Origin: Sminthopsis crassicaudata
Taxonomy: Eukaryota
Assembly: GCF_048593235.1 (NCBI RefSeq)
Contig: NC_133620.1
Location: 343,827,200 to 343,869,764 of the forward strand
Length of the DNA stretch: 42,565 nucleotides
Direction of reading: 5' to 3'
Positions 10,830 to 22,789 of the stretch are shown one piece after another. Numbering within the stretch: position 1 is the first letter of the stretch; each line of letters begins with the position of its first letter. The translations under genes were made by a program, and so were the position numbers. The notes beneath the pieces are model-generated. The model saw nothing but the letters and a program-made list of their open reading frames with translations, did no database searches and had not been told where the DNA came from.

Positions 10830-11910
10830 ATGCTGCTCAGCACACTCTCCTCACACAGAGATGCTCTGATCTGGCTGAGATTTCACAGCATTTCTCCCTT
10901 CTGGTTCTCCTCCAATGGCAGTGCTTCTGTGACCGTTCCTTGGTTTCCTTTGCTGGCTTGCTCCTTTCCCTTCTCCCCCACGATCCTTCTCCTTCACTCT
11001 GGATGTCCCTCCTCTTTTTGATGATCACCTCTGTGAAGATGGCTCATAGATTCATTTATCCAGCCCTAGTCTCTCCTCTGGTGTAGACAAGGCTCACACT
11101 GATAAAGCCAGAGTTAGATGGGAAGGAGGTGGGACTTTCCAAACTGGTTGTCTCATAGGCATTTCTACTCAGCATGTTCAAAACAAAGTTCATTATCTTT
11201 CCTCCAAAATGTTCTCTACTTCTGTCAACAGTACCATAATTTTTCCATTCTCCTAGGTATGTAACTTCAGAGGTATACTAGACTCCTGTGCCTCCCCCTC
11301 CACCCCTTTAACCAATCGACAGATCTTGCTATGTGTACCTCCTTAACAAATTTTGTACGACTCCTCTTCCGTCCTCACGGAAACATCACTTTAATTCAGG
11401 TCTTTATCACCTCTTGCCTGAACTTTTGCATTAGCCTCTTTATTGGTCTTCCTAACTCGTTTCATTCCAGCTATCATATAGATGCCAAACTTGTTTCCCT
11501 TAAGCTCAGGTCTATGTCACTCCCTTACTCAATAAACTTCAGTGGCTCCCCATAGTCTCTAAGATAACTTTTCAAGCCCTTCACAATCTAGCCCCAATCT
11601 TATCTTTCCAGCTCCATTATATATTATTTCCCTTCCTGCATGCAAATCTGGTCAAACTAGTCTTTTTTCCTGTTTCTCACACCTGGCACTATCTCCCTTC
11701 TCTGTGTCTTTTTAATTGCCTGTCTTTTTGCTTTATAGTACTCCTCACTTTAAGCCTGCACCATCTTCTACACAAAGCCTTTCTTTAGCCCTTCCCTAAC
11801 CATCTTATATAGAAGTAGTCTTTCTGATGGAATATAAAATCCTTTGTTTCATTTCTTAAATTGTCCAGTGCCAAAACACAGCAGACATTTAATAAATGCT
11901 TCTTGATTGT
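10830..11910 (+). mobile_element. L2 LINE 3' portion
   Basis: L2-like body ending in the typical tail catttaataaatgcttcttgattg. Confidence 0.7.
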
Positions 11911-12150
11911 TTTTCTCCCACAACCTTCATCCTATCTCCTTGAGAACAAAGTTTTTCTCTTTCATAAATCCTGGAAAAGAAGTAAAAATAAATATGTCTG
12001 GCAAGTCTGAACCTCCCTCCAAAGCCTGGGTAACCTCACAAACTACTGCTGACAACCAGGATTCCCCACAGTGCAACTCAGAAAAACTCAGTTCTTAGGG
12101 AAAAATGGTATTCCCCCCAATAAGGTGTGTCAAAGTATCAATAAAATATC

Positions 12151-12156
12151 TTTATT
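12151..12156 (-). terminator. CCDC103 proximal polyadenylation signal AATAAA
   Basis: tttatt on the plus strand, about 400 nt downstream of the CCDC103 stop, followed by U/GU-rich sequence on the minus strand. Confidence 0.6.
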
Positions 12157-12558
12157 GGCGAGAGTGAATCCTTGTAGATATTAATGAACATAAATTAATC
12201 ACAGATTTTAAAACTCGGCTTGTATGAATTGGTGGCTAGGATTAGGATGGAGGATTTTAATCTTCAGGCCAGGGAGCCATTCTTAGTAGGTTTCAAGGAT
12301 GAGAAGCCAAATTTTTTGTGGTTTTCTAATGTTCCCATAGGAGCCTTTGGCTGTTTGGAGTCATACAGGTTTATACGGACCTACTTAAAGGTAGGATGGA
12401 TGAAACCAACCTTTTGTCACAGTTGGGAAGTGACAAGGTTACAAGGAAAACTTCAGGATCAGACAGCAAGATGGCCAGCATTAGTAAGGGCTGTCTGGAA
12501 AAAATAACCCCGCACTGGCAAGGGGGGTTTGCCATGTATCCTGAGAAAGAGAACACCT

Positions 12559-13008
12559 CTAGCCAATTTGGTACAGCTCTGAGAGCTCCTGGAGGAGTTC
12601 CTCAAGCCCATCATTCCCGCTGCACGCTTTCTGCAGCTCTTGCTCATTACGACTCAATTCTTCCTCTGTGGGCCTGGTGACATCCGTACTTTGGAGTTTC
12701 TGAAATAATTTTTGGCAGCTCTCCTTCTCAGGATTGCTCAGCAGGTTCAAGTTGAGGCCAAAACGGCCAGTCCTGGACAGGCTAAGAAGGATCCTCAGCA
12801 CGGCAGCACGGTCCGCTGGCTTAAAGTTCTCTGCCAGCGTCACCAGCAGCTCGCCCAGAAGTCCAAACCCCACATCTGCCCGGAACAGGTGGCCCAGGCC
12901 GGGGCCCCCAAGCTGTAACAGGGCCTGGTAGCGCTCCGGTCCACTCTGCAGGGAGCGGCGCCAGGTCCTGTAGAAATCTGATGAGGTCTCAGGCTGACAA
13001 TCTCCCTT
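12559..13008 (-). CDS. CCDC103: CCDC103 (DNAAF19) last coding exon
   Basis: ttttccttttgacctAG acceptor; [36 protein letters not shown]...[11 protein letters not shown]...LYQIG*, RPAP3 C-terminal-like domain; TAG at 12561-12559. Confidence 0.95.
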   Translation of the reverse strand, partial: KGDCQPETSSDFYRTWRRSLQSGPERYQALLQLGGPGLGHLFRADVGFGLLGELLVTLAENFKPADRAAVLRILLSLSRTGRFGLNLNLLSNPEKESCQKLFQKLQSTDVTRPTEEELSRNEQELQKACSGNDGLEELLQELSELYQIG

Positions 13009-14125
13009 CTAGGTCAAAAGGAAAAGTAAACAGAGTTAGGGCCCCCCAGGACACTTAGGAGTCAATACTTGCAGGCTCTATTCATAGCTGCTCTATTCAT
13101 AGCTTTTCTACTCAATTTATCTTAGGAAAAATACAGCCCTTCCTCCCGTGACACAGGCTGTTTCAAGCTTGCCCCTTCTCAGGCACAAGGGGGATCTTGG
13201 GGAACAGTTCTGAAATTAACAACAGGGTTTAGCATCACATAATGGGCATTTATGAAAAGCGGGTATGGTCTGTTCTAAGATGGGAAATTGGCCACAGGCC
13301 TCAGAAATCTAGAGGTAAGGTCTGAATGGCCGAGAGCGGACAGATCCTGCCTCCTCATCCAACTGTACACCGCACTACGTGGGACCGTACTTTATACCAT
13401 GTATCCTTAGCAGAATATCCTCTAGGACACTGAGCCCCTGGAGTCCTCATTCCCTCAACTGGACTTGGTGCAGTTTCTGTTAGTTACAGCCCTAACTATG
13501 TTAATTTGTGGTTTTCTAGGTCAATGTGTGATCCTGCAGGGATCCATCTCTATTAGGTTTGGCGCTGCTCGGGAGAGGACAGAGAGCCTGGCCAAAGTGG
13601 TGGAATCTAAGAGAAGCCTCTGATTGGCCGAGCTCTGACAGCCTGTCTCCTTATCCAAATCATGAGCTGGCTCTTTACCGGTACTGGTCACAGCCCGGAG
13701 TCTGTGTATTCTAAACCTAAATGAATGGGACTTCTCAAGTACAAGGGAGTAGGGCTTTCCCTGGTAGGGAATGCCTCTGCCCCAGAGAAGATCATTTCCT
13801 TGACGTTCTCAGATGCCTGGGGCACAAATGCCCCCTGGCAACGCTTGAAAGAGGGACCATCCCCTTTGAGTATGACCGCGCACACAAGTGGTTCTGTACT
13901 TCACGTAGAACCTCAGTAAGACTGTCTTCTAGGACACTGCGCCCCTGAAGTCCCCCTGCTTATTAGCTCGGTGCCCCGCACACAGTAGGTAGTGATACGT
14001 GTTCATTGATTGTTTGGATTGGGCTTTGTCTAGGAAACTTTCTGCTAGTTACGGCTCTGCAAAAGTTAATGAAGAAAGCGAAGTACAGCCGTTAGGGCTG
14101 GGCTTCTCAGGAACCGCTGTTTCAC

Positions 14126-14273
14126 CTGGGAGATATCCGTGCTCTCCTCCTGAGGGACTCCGCCTTTTTGGGCGGTAGTACTTGTCACAAGGCAGTTCCA
14201 AGGCACTGTCTTCTTGACATTCATTTTGTCCTTCCGCTCCAAAGGCTTCAGGTGCGATGCCAGGACAATGTCC
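14126..14273 (-). CDS. CCDC103: CCDC103 middle coding exon
   Basis: cccacAG acceptor, 148 nt, (R)DIVLASHLKPLERKDKMNVKKTVPWNC...TDISQ, GTGAAA donor; phases match flanking exons. Confidence 0.93.
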
Positions 14274-14429
14274 CTGTGGGCAAAGAATTATTAGATAGTA
14301 TTCGAGGGAAGAATCGCACCGGAAGCTACTGCCCCTAGGCTCCTGGACCCCAAAGGGGCGGGGCGCTCTGTACAGGTAACTGGGCCCGGGGCGCAGGGAA
14401 GCCGGCCCGGAACAAGTGGCTGAGCTCAC

Positions 14430-14572
14430 CTGAACTCTTCATAGGAAGCCACTTTCTGCTCCACGGCGCGGAACTTGGCGGCGTTCTCCCGCTGATACTT
14501 CTCATCGGCCGCTACCGCAGCTTGTAACTCCTTCTCCAGAGCCCTGAAGTCGATGGTGTCAGCCTCTCCCAT
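14430..14572 (-). CDS. CCDC103: CCDC103 first coding exon (exon starts 14581, ATG at 14572)
   Basis: [47 protein letters not shown](R), dynein-attachment N-terminal domain; acceptor ccccgccAG, donor GTGAGC. Confidence 0.96.
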
Positions 14573-15508
14573 CCCCAGGACCTGGCGGGGAAGAAGGGGC
14601 GCGGCGGCGCGGGGCCTGCCTGGGAGCACCCTCCCCCGGCGCTCTAGGGGAGAGAGGGGAACGGCACCTCTGTGTGTCCTCGGATGGAACGGCCCGGCCA
14701 GGAGGAGACACAACACTACGAGGAAGAGCTGGTGAGAAAGGGCGCTTCGGGACCCCGTTGCCATCTGCCCGAGCCCCTAATGTGGCGCGGCCCAGACTCA
14801 GCAGGAATCGCTGCAAAAACTCGGTAACAGTAACAAGGAGCGCGAGTGGATGCGGGTAGTGGGAGGCTCGCGTGCACTAACTGTTCACTTCATAAACACT
14901 TCCTGCATGGGCCGATGGCAGAAAAGTGAGCCAAGGGAAGCTTCCTCCTATTCTTCCCTCCCCCTCCCGGTCTCAGTCCAAGCTGGCTCCCGCACCCACG
15001 GAGCCCCCCAAGCTCAGCACTGTGTGTTCCTCTCAGCCAAGACGGACAGATGGAGACCGTTACGACTGGGATCCACCGCGCAATCTGTCCCAGCCCCTCT
15101 TTGGAAAGGTCCTTCAGAAGGTGTCTGTTCCAGCCTGAGGGACCAGCCCGAGCGATTGGGCCACTTGCCCGGTGGTCACCTCCGACCCGGCTCCAGATCA
15201 GGCAACCTTCCGCCCCCCCCCCCCCAAATGGGGCCGTCAAGTCGGGGTGGGGGGAAGGGCGGGAGAATGGGGGGGAGGGGGCCAGAAGATTTCCCAACTC
15301 CAACCCTACCTACAGGTAAACAGATCACACAGAGCCCACATCCTTCTCCTGGCCCAGTTCCAACTGCCTCGAGAACTTGCAGAGTGGGACGGAAACCCAC
15401 CTATATTCCTAACCAGACATCACCACTTTCTAAAGCCCCAATCCCAGGAAAAATACTGATTCTTCCCTCCCTTACAGCGGCAGCTCTGTCTCCAGCCACG
15501 CCGAGGAG

Positions 15509-15521
15509 GTTGCATAGCAAC
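15509..15521. promoter_or_regulatory. RFX X-box GTTGCATAGCAAC at the CCDC103 5' end
   Basis: Near-perfect 13-bp X-box palindrome; RFX control of motile-cilia genes is established. Confidence 0.7.
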
Positions 15522-15769
15522 CATTTGACTCCAGAAAACCACGTGATCATACCGAAGGCCCTTCCCCGTTCGAGTTGCCTCCCAGACGCCTGATCAGAGG
15601 AACGCCGCGTTTGCTCTCCCGATCTCGCCTAGGTCGTTAAGCTTTCACTTCCGGCCTGTTCCAGGTTCCCCCTCAAATCATCCCGTCACACCGGAGGGGA
15701 ACTATCCCACTCCGGCAACTCAGGCATAAGAGTAGTAAACGGTGGAAAGGGGCGTGGCCTCGATGCGCG

Positions 15770-15907
15770 TGGGGTCCTTCTTGATGAGCGTCGCGTACGG
15801 TCCGGCACATCCTCGAGAGGCTAAGGGTCCTTCCTAACGAGCGTCGCAAGCTCCGGCACATCTGGCGAAGAAAGCGCGGTATCGAGACTCGGGAGTTAAA
15901 GCTGCAG
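15770..15907 (+). other. EFTUD2: EFTUD2 non-coding exon 1 (5' end uncertain)
   Basis: Strong donor CAG|GTGAGG at 15907/15908 inside the CpG island; next acceptor 17075-17076 lies 4 nt before the ATG. Confidence 0.55.
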
Positions 15908-17002
15908 GTGAGGAGTTACCGGCCCGAACTCAGGGATGGGGTCCGAGGCTGGCAGAGGCGGAGGGGGTGCATCTTAAAAATAATTCTTCCATCTTACAGA
16001 GGAGGAGACTGAGGCCTACGGGACTCTCCGCGGTCCGCGGGCTCCCACGAGAAGCGGGCATGAGTGGGCCGGGCCTGGAGCGGTGGGGAGGGAGCGGCGT
16101 GTCACTGATGGGGCAGTTTCCCAACTGCTGCGCGCCTCTCCCTACGGGGAATAGAACGGAAACTTCCTGAGGGCAGTTTTTGCAGTGCCTGACGCTTCAC
16201 CAGCGCGTAGTTTCCTTCTTTTCTATCTCCAGCATCTGGAACTTAGTAGACGCTTTAAATAAGCATCTGTAGAATTAAACGGACAGTAATGTGCAAATGC
16301 ACAAATCATCGTTCTTCTCCCCATGACTCTGAAGTCCTAAACGCTTTATTCCTACGTGACTAATGAGCTCCCGAGTGACGTCGCCATCATTCACTCCGAG
16401 TTGACTGAATAAATGTTTAATTTAAATTTTTTGTTGCTGCCTTTTGCCTTTATATCGCCTGCACTTAATGCATCCCTTTGTCATCCGCTAAAAAAGAAAG
16501 AGGGAGGGAAAAAAGTGGCTTGATTAAAAATTAGCAGTTAACCAACACTGACGGTGTGTATAAATAAGAAATATTTATTAAGTACTTTCTGCAGGAAAGA
16601 CACTTTGCTCTTTGCTGGAGAGAGAGAAAACACAAATGAGGCAATTGTCTCGGAACTTGTAAGTTTGGATAAAATGGGAACAGTTCCTAAAGTCTTTTGA
16701 AAATGTAAAAATTCTAGGAAGCCAAATAGTACTTTTAAACCGCACAAAGCTTCCATCAAACAGGTTAGTCTTAGAAAGTAGTTGATTTTCTATTTTAGAA
16801 AATAGAAATAGTTGCTAAGTGGGTATTTCTTGCAGAGGGAGGAGCTTGGAGCTGCTCTGTAGGAGAAATAGTGCAGAAACACTGGGAGCTTGATTACTGG
16901 CTTTCAAGGAACACACAGCTGGTAATTGTACTTTGCTCTTAAAAGTAGGAAGGGGCAAAAATGAGCAGTTCTGAATAGTCTCTGAAACAGAGACTAGTGT
17001 AA

Positions 17003-17272
<270 letters not shown>

Positions 17273-17287
17273 TGAAAATAATAGCTA

Positions 17288-17418
17288 GGCAGCTAGATGG
17301 TGCAGTGATAGAACCCAGACCTTGAAGTGAGGAGGACCTGAGTTCAAATCCGGCCTCAAACACTCAACAATTACTACCTCTGTGACCCTGAGTCCCTAAA
17401 TGCCTTGCTGCCAAAAAA
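17288..17418 (+). mobile_element. Marsupial tRNA-derived SINE (WSINE1-like)
   Basis: ggcagctagatggtgcagtg A-box, gagttcaaatc B-box, A-rich tail. Confidence 0.75.
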
Positions 17419-17759
17419 GGAAGAATAGCCAGCCTTTACCGAGGCCTTTAAGGTTGTAAAGCATTTTATAGATACAATTTCATTTTATCTTCATAATACT
17501 CCTAGGAGGTGTAGATGCTATTTCCATCTCCATTTTATAGTTGAGGAAACTAGGTCTCCCAGAGTCACACATCTCAGTGTGTTAGGCACTAGTATCTTAA
17601 TGTTTGAACTCAGGTCTTCCTTATCCAAGCTAAGTGCTTTTATTTACTGTGCCATCGAACTGCCAGGATAGAGACTCTGAAATCCTTTTCTTTCCTCTTT
17701 CAGTGATGAAGAGTTTTCAGGCGCTGTGACATTTTGGAATTTTGTCTTATCTTTTTCAG

Positions 17760-19095
17760 ATTCATTATTTATTTATTTTTAGTATTCTTTTTCAAATTTG
17801 AGTTCCAAATTCTTTTCTTCCTTCCTTACCCCCTCTCCCATTCACTAAGAAGACAAGCAATATAATAGTAATTATACATATGAAATCATGCAAACACTTC
17901 CATATTAGCCAGATGAGGGGGAAAAAAAACAAACCAAGAAAAATCTTAAACTGAGAAAATTATACTTCAATTTATACGCAATATTCATTAGTTCTCTTTT
18001 TCTGGAGGTAGACAGCATTTTCCCCATTATGATTCCTTTGCAATTGTCTTAGATCATTGTATTGATCAGAATAGCCAAGTCTTTCACAATCGATCATCAT
18101 TATAACATTACTATTACTGTGCACAATGAACTCTGAGATTTCAAACTTCACTTTGCGTCAGTTCATATAAGGCTTGTTGTTTCTTTGAAACCATCCCTTT
18201 ATCATTTCTTATAGCCAAGTAGTATTTCATCACAATCATATGCCGCAGCTTGTTTACTTATTTGGGGTTCAGATCCCGTACTGGCATTGCTCAGTCAAAA
18301 CATACATAGTTTTACCACCCATTGGGTTTAGTTCCAAATTTTTTTCCAGAATGATTGGAATAGTTGAAACTATAACAATAGTGTATTACTTGCCTATTTT
18401 CTCCCATCCCCTAAAGCATTTATTCTTTCTTTCTTTCCCCCCCCCCCCCAGGCAATTGGGGTAAAGTGACTTGCCCAGGATCACACAATTAGGAAGTGTT
18501 AAATGTCTCAGGCCACATTTGAACTCAGGTCCTCCTTACATCAGGGTTGTTGGTGCTCTATTGAAAATTGTTCACATTCTTTGACCAATTTTCTATTTGA
18601 AAATGTCTCTTATTTTTATTACTTTGACTCAGTTTTCTATATATGAAATGAGGCCTTTATTAGAGAAACTTACTCTTAAAATTTTTTTGATAATCCTCTC
18701 AACAAAATATAATCTTCCTGATTATTTCTTTTAATTAGGTCTGTTTTGCTCTTGCCTTTTCTGACATCATGCTTGCTATTTCTGCCTTTTATTCTTTAGC
18801 TAAAGCATATTAGATTCTGCTCTTACTCTTTATTTTAACTCTGATTTCTAATTATGTTGCTATTTGTTTCTCTGCTGTAAATATTTTTGCACAATTTTAG
18901 GTCCTTTTCCTTTTTTTTATGATCTCTTTGGGCTATAGACCTAGTGTTGGTAATGCTGGTTCAAAGGGTATGAAAAATTTGGTTGCTTTTTGGGCATAGT
19001 TCCAGATTGGTCTCCAATATAATTGGATAAGATCACAACTTCATTAGCAGTGCATTAGTGTCCCAATTTTCCCATATCCTCTCCAACATTCATCT
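17760..19095 (-). mobile_element. L1 3' region fragments
   Basis: Antisense marsupial L1 3' UTR/ORF2-end pattern; interrupted by a SINE near 18450-18563. Confidence 0.65.
18450..18563 (-). mobile_element. WSINE1-like SINE nested in L1
   Basis: ggcaattggggtaaagtgacttgcccagg...tttgaactcaggtcctcc, same family as 26073-26218. Confidence 0.75.
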
Positions 19096-19109
19096 TTTTT
19101 TTTTTTTTT

Positions 19110-19690
19110 TTTTAAAGTTCTGGGGGCATCTGCAAATTTTTGGTGCTTCCAGGTTGGGTGATTATGGTCTGTGCTCTCGTCCTTACCCAGGGCCCTGGAT
19201 CCTCTTCAGCTGCAAATGCTAGCAGCTCCTCTTTGCTTTGGAACTGAGGCCAAGGTTTCCTTGTGAATGACCACTAGCAATCCAGAAAAAAAAAAAAAGC
19301 ACTCCTCTCCACCCTGGAACTGGGACCCAGAACTATGTATTGCCAGTAAGCCCTAACTGTACTCAGCATCAGCAAAGGGCGCCTGGTCTTTTCTTTCTGA
19401 GCAGTTGTCCAGTCCCCTCTCTGTCTCTAGGCTGAGAACTGAAACAGTGGCTGCTGCTGCTTCAGCCACTTTAGCTAGCTGTGTTGGTGAACTCCAGACA
19501 GACCTTCACCCTCGTGTTACAGGCCTCTCCTGCATACTTTTAAGTTTTCTTAACCTAGAAAAATATTTCACCCCGACTTTTTGTTTCAGGATTTCATTTG
19601 AGACATTATTTTAAAGTCATTAGGAGAATGTTGGAAGATTTCAACTGGTGACTGTCCCTGATCTGCCATCTTGACTTCCTATTTTGGAAT
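19110..19690 (-). mobile_element. Probable L1/HAL1 5' region fragment
   Basis: Ends in ctgccatcttgacttcc; shares motifs (tttttggtgcttcca, cagttgt.cag.ccc, aaaaat.t.t.a.ccc.actttt) with 24700-25260. Confidence 0.45.
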
Positions 19691-21499
19691 TTAAAAATTA
19701 CCTATTAGTTGGTTTTTAGTCTGTCTGGGATAATTCCATAGAATCAGAATGTTTTAGAGATTGAAGAAAACGCAGTGGCAATCCCGTCCAACTTGTACCT
19801 GGATTAAATTCCAACTATTTCATATGCAACAAATGGTCATACATCTTCTACCCTCCAGTAAAGGGGAATTTACTTACTTTGGAGGTAATCCAGAACACTT
19901 TTGGATGGTACTCATCACAAAGAAGGTTTTTCTGATGTCAAGCCAAAATTTATCTTTTTATAACTTCCCTTTCCTCCAAGTATACTTACTCCAGGGCCAA
20001 ACAGAATAAGTTGAATCTCTCTGTTTTTACTGTATTTTATTTGAATTTTCAAATATCATTAACTTGACAAATATCAATAAACAGGAATATTTCCATATAC
20101 AAAGAAAAATAAAAAAAGTGTATAATATAAAACTGTGAACTTACATACAGTTTGTGTTCTATAAAAGTTTATATTAAATTTAACATGATTATAATAAAAT
20201 TATATTCCTTGTCTTTCTATTCTCATTTGTACATTTTTTAATGTTTTGTTGACTTTTGTAATTCAAAAGTGTATACAGTACAATATTTTATTTTCATCTT
20301 TAGTCACAAAAAGACATACAAGTTTACAATGAAAGAAATATATGTATAACAAATATTTTCCCCTCCCTGTTAATAAAGACTGGGATTTGAAATAGAAAAT
20401 TCAATTTTTATTTATAAACATAAAAGCTATTTGGTGCTGCATTAGTCTAGAGAAAACTGAAATGTTATAGATTATGCTGACATTTTTTTCACATCATTAC
20501 TACTACCATCGATTCTCACTTCACTCTGCTCCCATATAGAAGGTCTTTCTTGTAATATAAGAGTACAATGAAGTAAAAAAAATTCACACATAGGCTGTTT
20601 CTGAAACCTGTGTCTTTGTGTTCTAATCCATCTCTTTGCCAGAAGATGGGAAACATGCTTCATCCTCTGTCTTTTAAAAGTCGATTGGTCATTGCCTTGC
20701 TTAGAATTGTTTGCCTCTATTTTATTTTACATAATTACATAAATTGTTCTTACTTTGTTCAATATATACCAATTTTCTAATCTTTTCGAAACATTCCTTA
20801 TGGGAATATTATATAATATTCCTTATTCCTATACAATCCAATATATTTCCTTATATTGTAATTGTATACAATTATACAACTATCTTATACAGTTCCTTAT
20901 ACATTCATATACTGTAATCTAAATGTTACCCAATTACTGTTTTTGATGAACTTTCATATTCAAGAATATAATAGCCTCAGTAGTTAACTGAACTGCCCCT
21001 CTTTGGAAATATTCAAGTAGATGCTGGATAATCATTTATTTGGGACATTCTCTTCTTCTTGCAACTTATCACTCCATTTCCATATTCTCCTTGAGTGAGT
21101 GACACTTCTTCCAGGAATTAATGCCCTCTCCCAGATGAGCATTTGTACTTATTTTATACATGTTTTGTATATATACTTATCTGTGATTAGATTAAATAAC
21201 TTCCTAGGTTTGTCAGCTTCTTAAGATTTTAAATGAAAGTTAGCTTGGAATTTATTTTGCTTAATTATGTGTATTTGTTACAAGATGTTTGTTTTTCTTT
21301 TTTTTTCCTGTGAGAGATAGGGGAAAGATAGCAAAGAAAGAAAAGAGGGTCATTGGGGTATCTTTTTAAAAAGTGGAGCAGAAAGAAGGCCAGACAAACA
21401 GGACACCTTTGAAAGCTATCGATTGATCTAGTCATATGCTCCAGTTTCATATATAATGCTGTTTTTCTGTTCTCTATGTACAAATATATACATATATGT

Positions 21500-21705
21500 G
21501 CACAGCTCAGTGGCACAGTAGTCGGGAAGACTCATGTTCCTAAATTCAAATGTAATCTTGAGCCAAGTCACTTACCTCTGGTTGCCTCAGTTTCCTCATC
21601 TGTAAAATGAGTTGAAAAAGGTAATGGGAAACTACTCTAATATCTCTGCCAAGAAAACCCCAAATGCAATCACAGCATTGTACATTGAAATGACCAAACA
21701 ACAAA
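21500..21705 (+). mobile_element. Mar1-like core SINE
   Basis: cctcagtttcctcatctgtaaaatg core plus RTE-type tail gccaagaaaaccccaaatg...gaccaaacaacaa. Confidence 0.7.
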
Positions 21706-21900
21706 TATGTGTATGTGTAAAATATACAAAGGCCCATTTTTTTTTGTACTTGTTAAAATCAGAATAAAAAATTTAATTTAAAAAGCTTATATGTACTTAT
21801 TATGCTTTATTATTAAGCACTTACTATGAGCTAGGATCTGTGCTAAGCAGTGGGGATACAAAGAAAGGCAAAAAACTGTTCCTGTTCTCATGGAGAATAC

Positions 21901-22158
21901 TTTTTTTTTTTTTTTGAAGATTTAAAAAAATTTATTAAAGCTTTTTATTTTTCAAAACATGCATAGATAATTCTGCAACATAGATAATTCTTATAAAATC
22001 TTGTGTTCCAGTTTCCCCCACACACACACCTTCTCTTACTCCCCTCCCCTAGGTGGCAAGTAGTCCAATATATGTTAAATCCAATATATGCATACATATT
22101 TATATAAGAAAAATCAAGCCAGAAAAGAAAATGAAAAAGAAAATAAAATGCAGGCAAA
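21901..22158 (-). mobile_element. 5'-truncated L1 3' tail
   Basis: Poly-T then aaatttattaaagctttttattttcaaaacatgc; imperfect TSD ggagaatac / ggagaacatac. Confidence 0.7.
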
Positions 22159-22260
22159 GGGAGAACATACTTTAATAGAGGAGACAAACATGAAAATAAT
22201 TAGGCACATATAAACCACATACAGAAAAGAAAACATTAACACGTAAGAACCAGAAGGTAA

Positions 22261-22789
22261 AATTTTATTTATTTTTTTTTAATTAGAATTTTTTCCCCAC
22301 AGTATATATGCATGAGTAATTTTTAAAATATTATCCCTTGTATTCATTTTTCCAAATTATCTCCCCCTCCCTCTACTCCTTCCCCCCGATGACAGGCAAT
22401 CCCATACATTTTATATGTGTTACAATATAACCTAGATACAATATATGTGTGTAAATACCATTTTCTTGTTGCACATTAAGTATTAGATTCCGAAGGTATA
22501 AGTAACCTGGGTAGATAGACAGTAGTGCTAACAATTTACATTCACTTCCCAGTGTTCCTTCTCTGGGTGTAGTTATTTCTGTCCATTATTGATCAACTGG
22601 AAGTGAGTTGGACCTTCTTTATGTTGAAGATATCCACTTCCATCAGAATACCTCTTCATACAGCATTGAAGTGTACAGCGATCTTCTGGTTCTATTCATT
22701 TCACTCAGCATCAGTTGATGTAAGTCTCTCCAAGCCTCTCTGTATTCCTCCTACTGGTCATTTCTTACTGAGCAATAATATTCCATAAC
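22261..22789 (-). mobile_element. 5'-truncated L1 with 11-bp target-site duplication
   Basis: CCAGAAGGTAA at 22250-22260 and 22790-22800; T-rich tail at the left end; L1 3' UTR pattern. Confidence 0.8.

Larger units (their letters stand above)
14300..16400. promoter_or_regulatory. CpG island / bidirectional promoter of CCDC103 (-) and EFTUD2 (+)
   Basis: CpG-dense; ETS/GABP CACTTCCGG 15646-15654, SP/KLF GGGGCGTGGC 15749-15758; candidate first-exon donors at 15475 (minus, GTAAGG) and 15908 (plus, GTGAGG). Confidence 0.8.

Noticed and set aside
13075-13104. Perfect 15-bp tandem duplication gctctattcatagct x2
   Set aside because: Ordinary slippage duplication in an intron with no functional hint
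14850-15593. 247-aa plus-strand ORF in the promoter island
   Set aside because: GC-rich and stop-poor, Pro/Gly-rich, no homology recognised; lies upstream of the EFTUD2 start
16408-16413. Sense AATAAA in EFTUD2 intron 1 (premature polyadenylation)
   Set aside because: Such hexamers are frequent in AT-rich introns and nothing distinguishes this one
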